Source: Tubiluchus corallicola (lineage: Eukaryota > Animalia > Priapulida). From it: a stretch of 64,000 nt of DNA. The stretch is taken from the NCBI GenBank assembly GCA_030141605.1, contig JAQGDQ010000041.1:62001-126000 (forward strand), written 5' to 3'. The notes under the pieces were generated by a model. That model was given only the letters and a program-made list of their open reading frames with translations. It did no database searches and was not told the origin of the DNA. The first letter of the stretch is position 1. Each line of letters starts with the position of its first letter. Positions 62,281 to 64,000 of this stretch are shown one piece after another. The position numbers and the translations under genes are program-made.

Positions 62281-63397
62281 CACCGAAATTAATATATACG
62301 ACTAGCAAAACCCAGCAAAAAGAATATTGCACGTAAACAAACACAGAACCCACACCACACCACACCACACCCACACCACATCACCCTACCACACCACCCA
62401 CCAGTCACCACACCACACAACCACACTACTTACACCGGTCACACCACACCGCCCACACTTGCCACGCGAGGAACTTGTCTATGGGGCCAACAGTGGAACT
62501 ACTGACGTACGGTAAGATCACTCACTGATCAATACAGGCGCATTCTACATAGTGTCCGCAAACTGCTCCTTTTGATCATATTAATAGATAACTTGCCGGA
62601 AGCGAAAGCACAATCGCTATGATTATACCCACGCGAACTAAGTTGGCCAACTGCGTAATTACTCATCAACAAAATAGAATGGGTGCCTGATTTAGACATT
62701 GTTGAAACCAGAGACGCAAAGTCTCCCATTTCTTGATCTCAAGTTGACTGAATCTCTAGCATCATCGCCTGACACGGACGCCTGGGGCGAGTTCTTGATC
62801 CGTGTGCGAACGCAAACAAGTCATTTAGCGAATTATGTTTATGGCTTGTTGCGTTAGAGATTGTGTGGGTAATAAATATTGACAGTCTAAAAAAGAACAT
62901 GTAAGTCCTATATTCTTTATTTTCGAACGAATTTACCTAAAAATTCAATCGCTTTTTGCCCTTTGTTATAAACAAAACATTAAAACAACATTACTATTAT
63001 TTCAAAACACTGTCACAACTAGTTATAAATTGATATAAAATTAGACATCAAGCGGTTTTACAAGTTTTTTTGTTGTACAGGCTATACAAACGTTTTTATA
63101 TAGGGGCGGGAGGGAATTGTCTAGGGTTCTAAACGCAGCCTGTTGCAGAACCCTTTATTCGCTTTATTGCAAGAGGACCACGAAATCTTTTGGGGCCATT
63201 TATTCATGGAAATAATAATAATGTGACGATTACGTGACGAATAGGATGCTATGATGGTGATAATGACGATGACGATGATGACGACGATGATGATGGAGAG
63301 GATAAACAGCGTTGGTGAGGATGATATGATGACAGCGGTGATGATTATGACTTGACGATGATAGCAATAACGAGGGCATTGACAATAGTGTGATGAC

Positions 63398-63435
<38 letters not shown>

Positions 63436-63822
63436 CGATGACGATGATGTTTATAATGACAAATTTGTGTATACGTGTATTTCCTTACCTGACCATCCAA
63501 GCTTCCATTCTAAAGCATGAGATCTCGTACGTTTCAACCAAGCAAAGGGAATGAATCCGTGTGCGTTACTTGACTGGTTACATTCTGTAGGTGACCACCG
63601 CATCACCATCGGAGATTCCCCATTTCGCGTTCCCATCCACTCGTACTTTTGGCAGCCTGGCAATTCCTGTGAACTTGTACTTCCAGTCGAATCGTACGCT
63701 TTCCTATCACCAGGTCCCGGAAAAACAGGGAAGTTCTTAGAGTTTTCCTCTAACGAACTTTTCCAAACAAAGGCAGGAATTTTCGCATTTTCATTTGTTA
63801 CGGAGACACTTTTGAGCGCCAT
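61509..63822 (-). CDS. Xlox: ParaHox homeobox transcription factor Xlox/Pdx, divergent (~186 aa, 2 exons)
   Basis: Exon 1 63822-63489 ends [22 protein letters not shown]|GTAAGG (Xlox hexapeptide region PFPWMKxTKxHAxxWKxxWxG). Exon 2 61735-61509 follows acceptor tttttattgttacag in matching phase 1 and encodes [60 protein letters not shown], with diagnostic His44 and NKYIS. An in-frame stop at 63883-63885 lies upstream of the ATG. Confidence 0.9.
61530..61709 (-). other. Homeobox (60 codons) of Xlox/Pdx
   Basis: Hand translation of the minus strand; ANTP-class Q50 homeodomain with [10 protein letters not shown]. Absent from the ORF track. Confidence 0.95.
62236..62460. repeat. (TA)n and (CACAC/ACCAC)n microsatellites in the Xlox intron
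   Basis: TA run at 62236-62280; CACCA-type 5-mers at 62350-62460. Confidence 0.9.
63250..63450. repeat. (GAT/GAC)n microsatellite in the Xlox intron
   Basis: Tandem GAT/GAC triplets read directly. Confidence 0.92.
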
Positions 63823-64000
63823 TCTAGGCAACAACTCGATGGATAGATTAGGGTTATTCCGAGGAAGTAAATGAAAAAGTACCTACTTAAGCTTGTCAGC
63901 ATAATTGACTCCCAACTCTTTGGTAAGATGTTTGAGTAAATAAATATCTTTACTTAATTTGACAGCTCTTACTTTAATTTAATTTAGGTAAGAGCTAGTA

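Noticed and set aside
62529-62729. 66-aa minus-strand ORF inside the Xlox intron, with a phase-1 acceptor near 62650
   Set aside because: No recognisable motif, and it would end the protein before the homeobox; no support beyond a chance AG.
63551-63874. 107-aa plus-strand ORF
   Set aside because: Antisense shadow of Xlox exon 1; the minus frame has the hexapeptide and a consensus donor.

Overview
AT-rich eukaryotic (metazoan invertebrate) genomic DNA with GT-AG introns; there are no prokaryotic operons, CRISPR arrays or rRNA. Six protein-coding genes were reconstructed by hand with phase-consistent exon chains. On the + strand: (1) a 14-exon transmembrane ZP-domain (cuticlin/piopio-like) protein with two ZP-N modules; (2) a 2-exon secreted mucin-like, Gly-Arg and aromatic-rich protein with an unrecognised internal repeat; (3) a 9-exon CAP/SCP-EGF-ShKT secreted protein with a 99-aa Asp/Tyr-rich insert inside the ShKT-like domain; (4) a 6-exon minimal matrix metalloproteinase. 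On the - strand: (5) an intronless CFAP77 homologue; (6) a divergent 2-exon ParaHox Xlox/Pdx homeobox gene whose homeobox exon is missing from the ORF track. No Cdx homeobox was seen in the ~61 kb 3' of Xlox, which suggests a broken ParaHox cluster. The window also holds a young internally deleted Buster-type hAT transposon (perfect TIRs, 8-bp TSD), older hAT, LINE and long-TIR relics, a degenerate Penelope-type hammerhead motif, a perfect 27-bp-arm palindrome and many microsatellites. Family assignments rest on recalled motifs, not database searches, and the species cannot be identified from the sequence alone.
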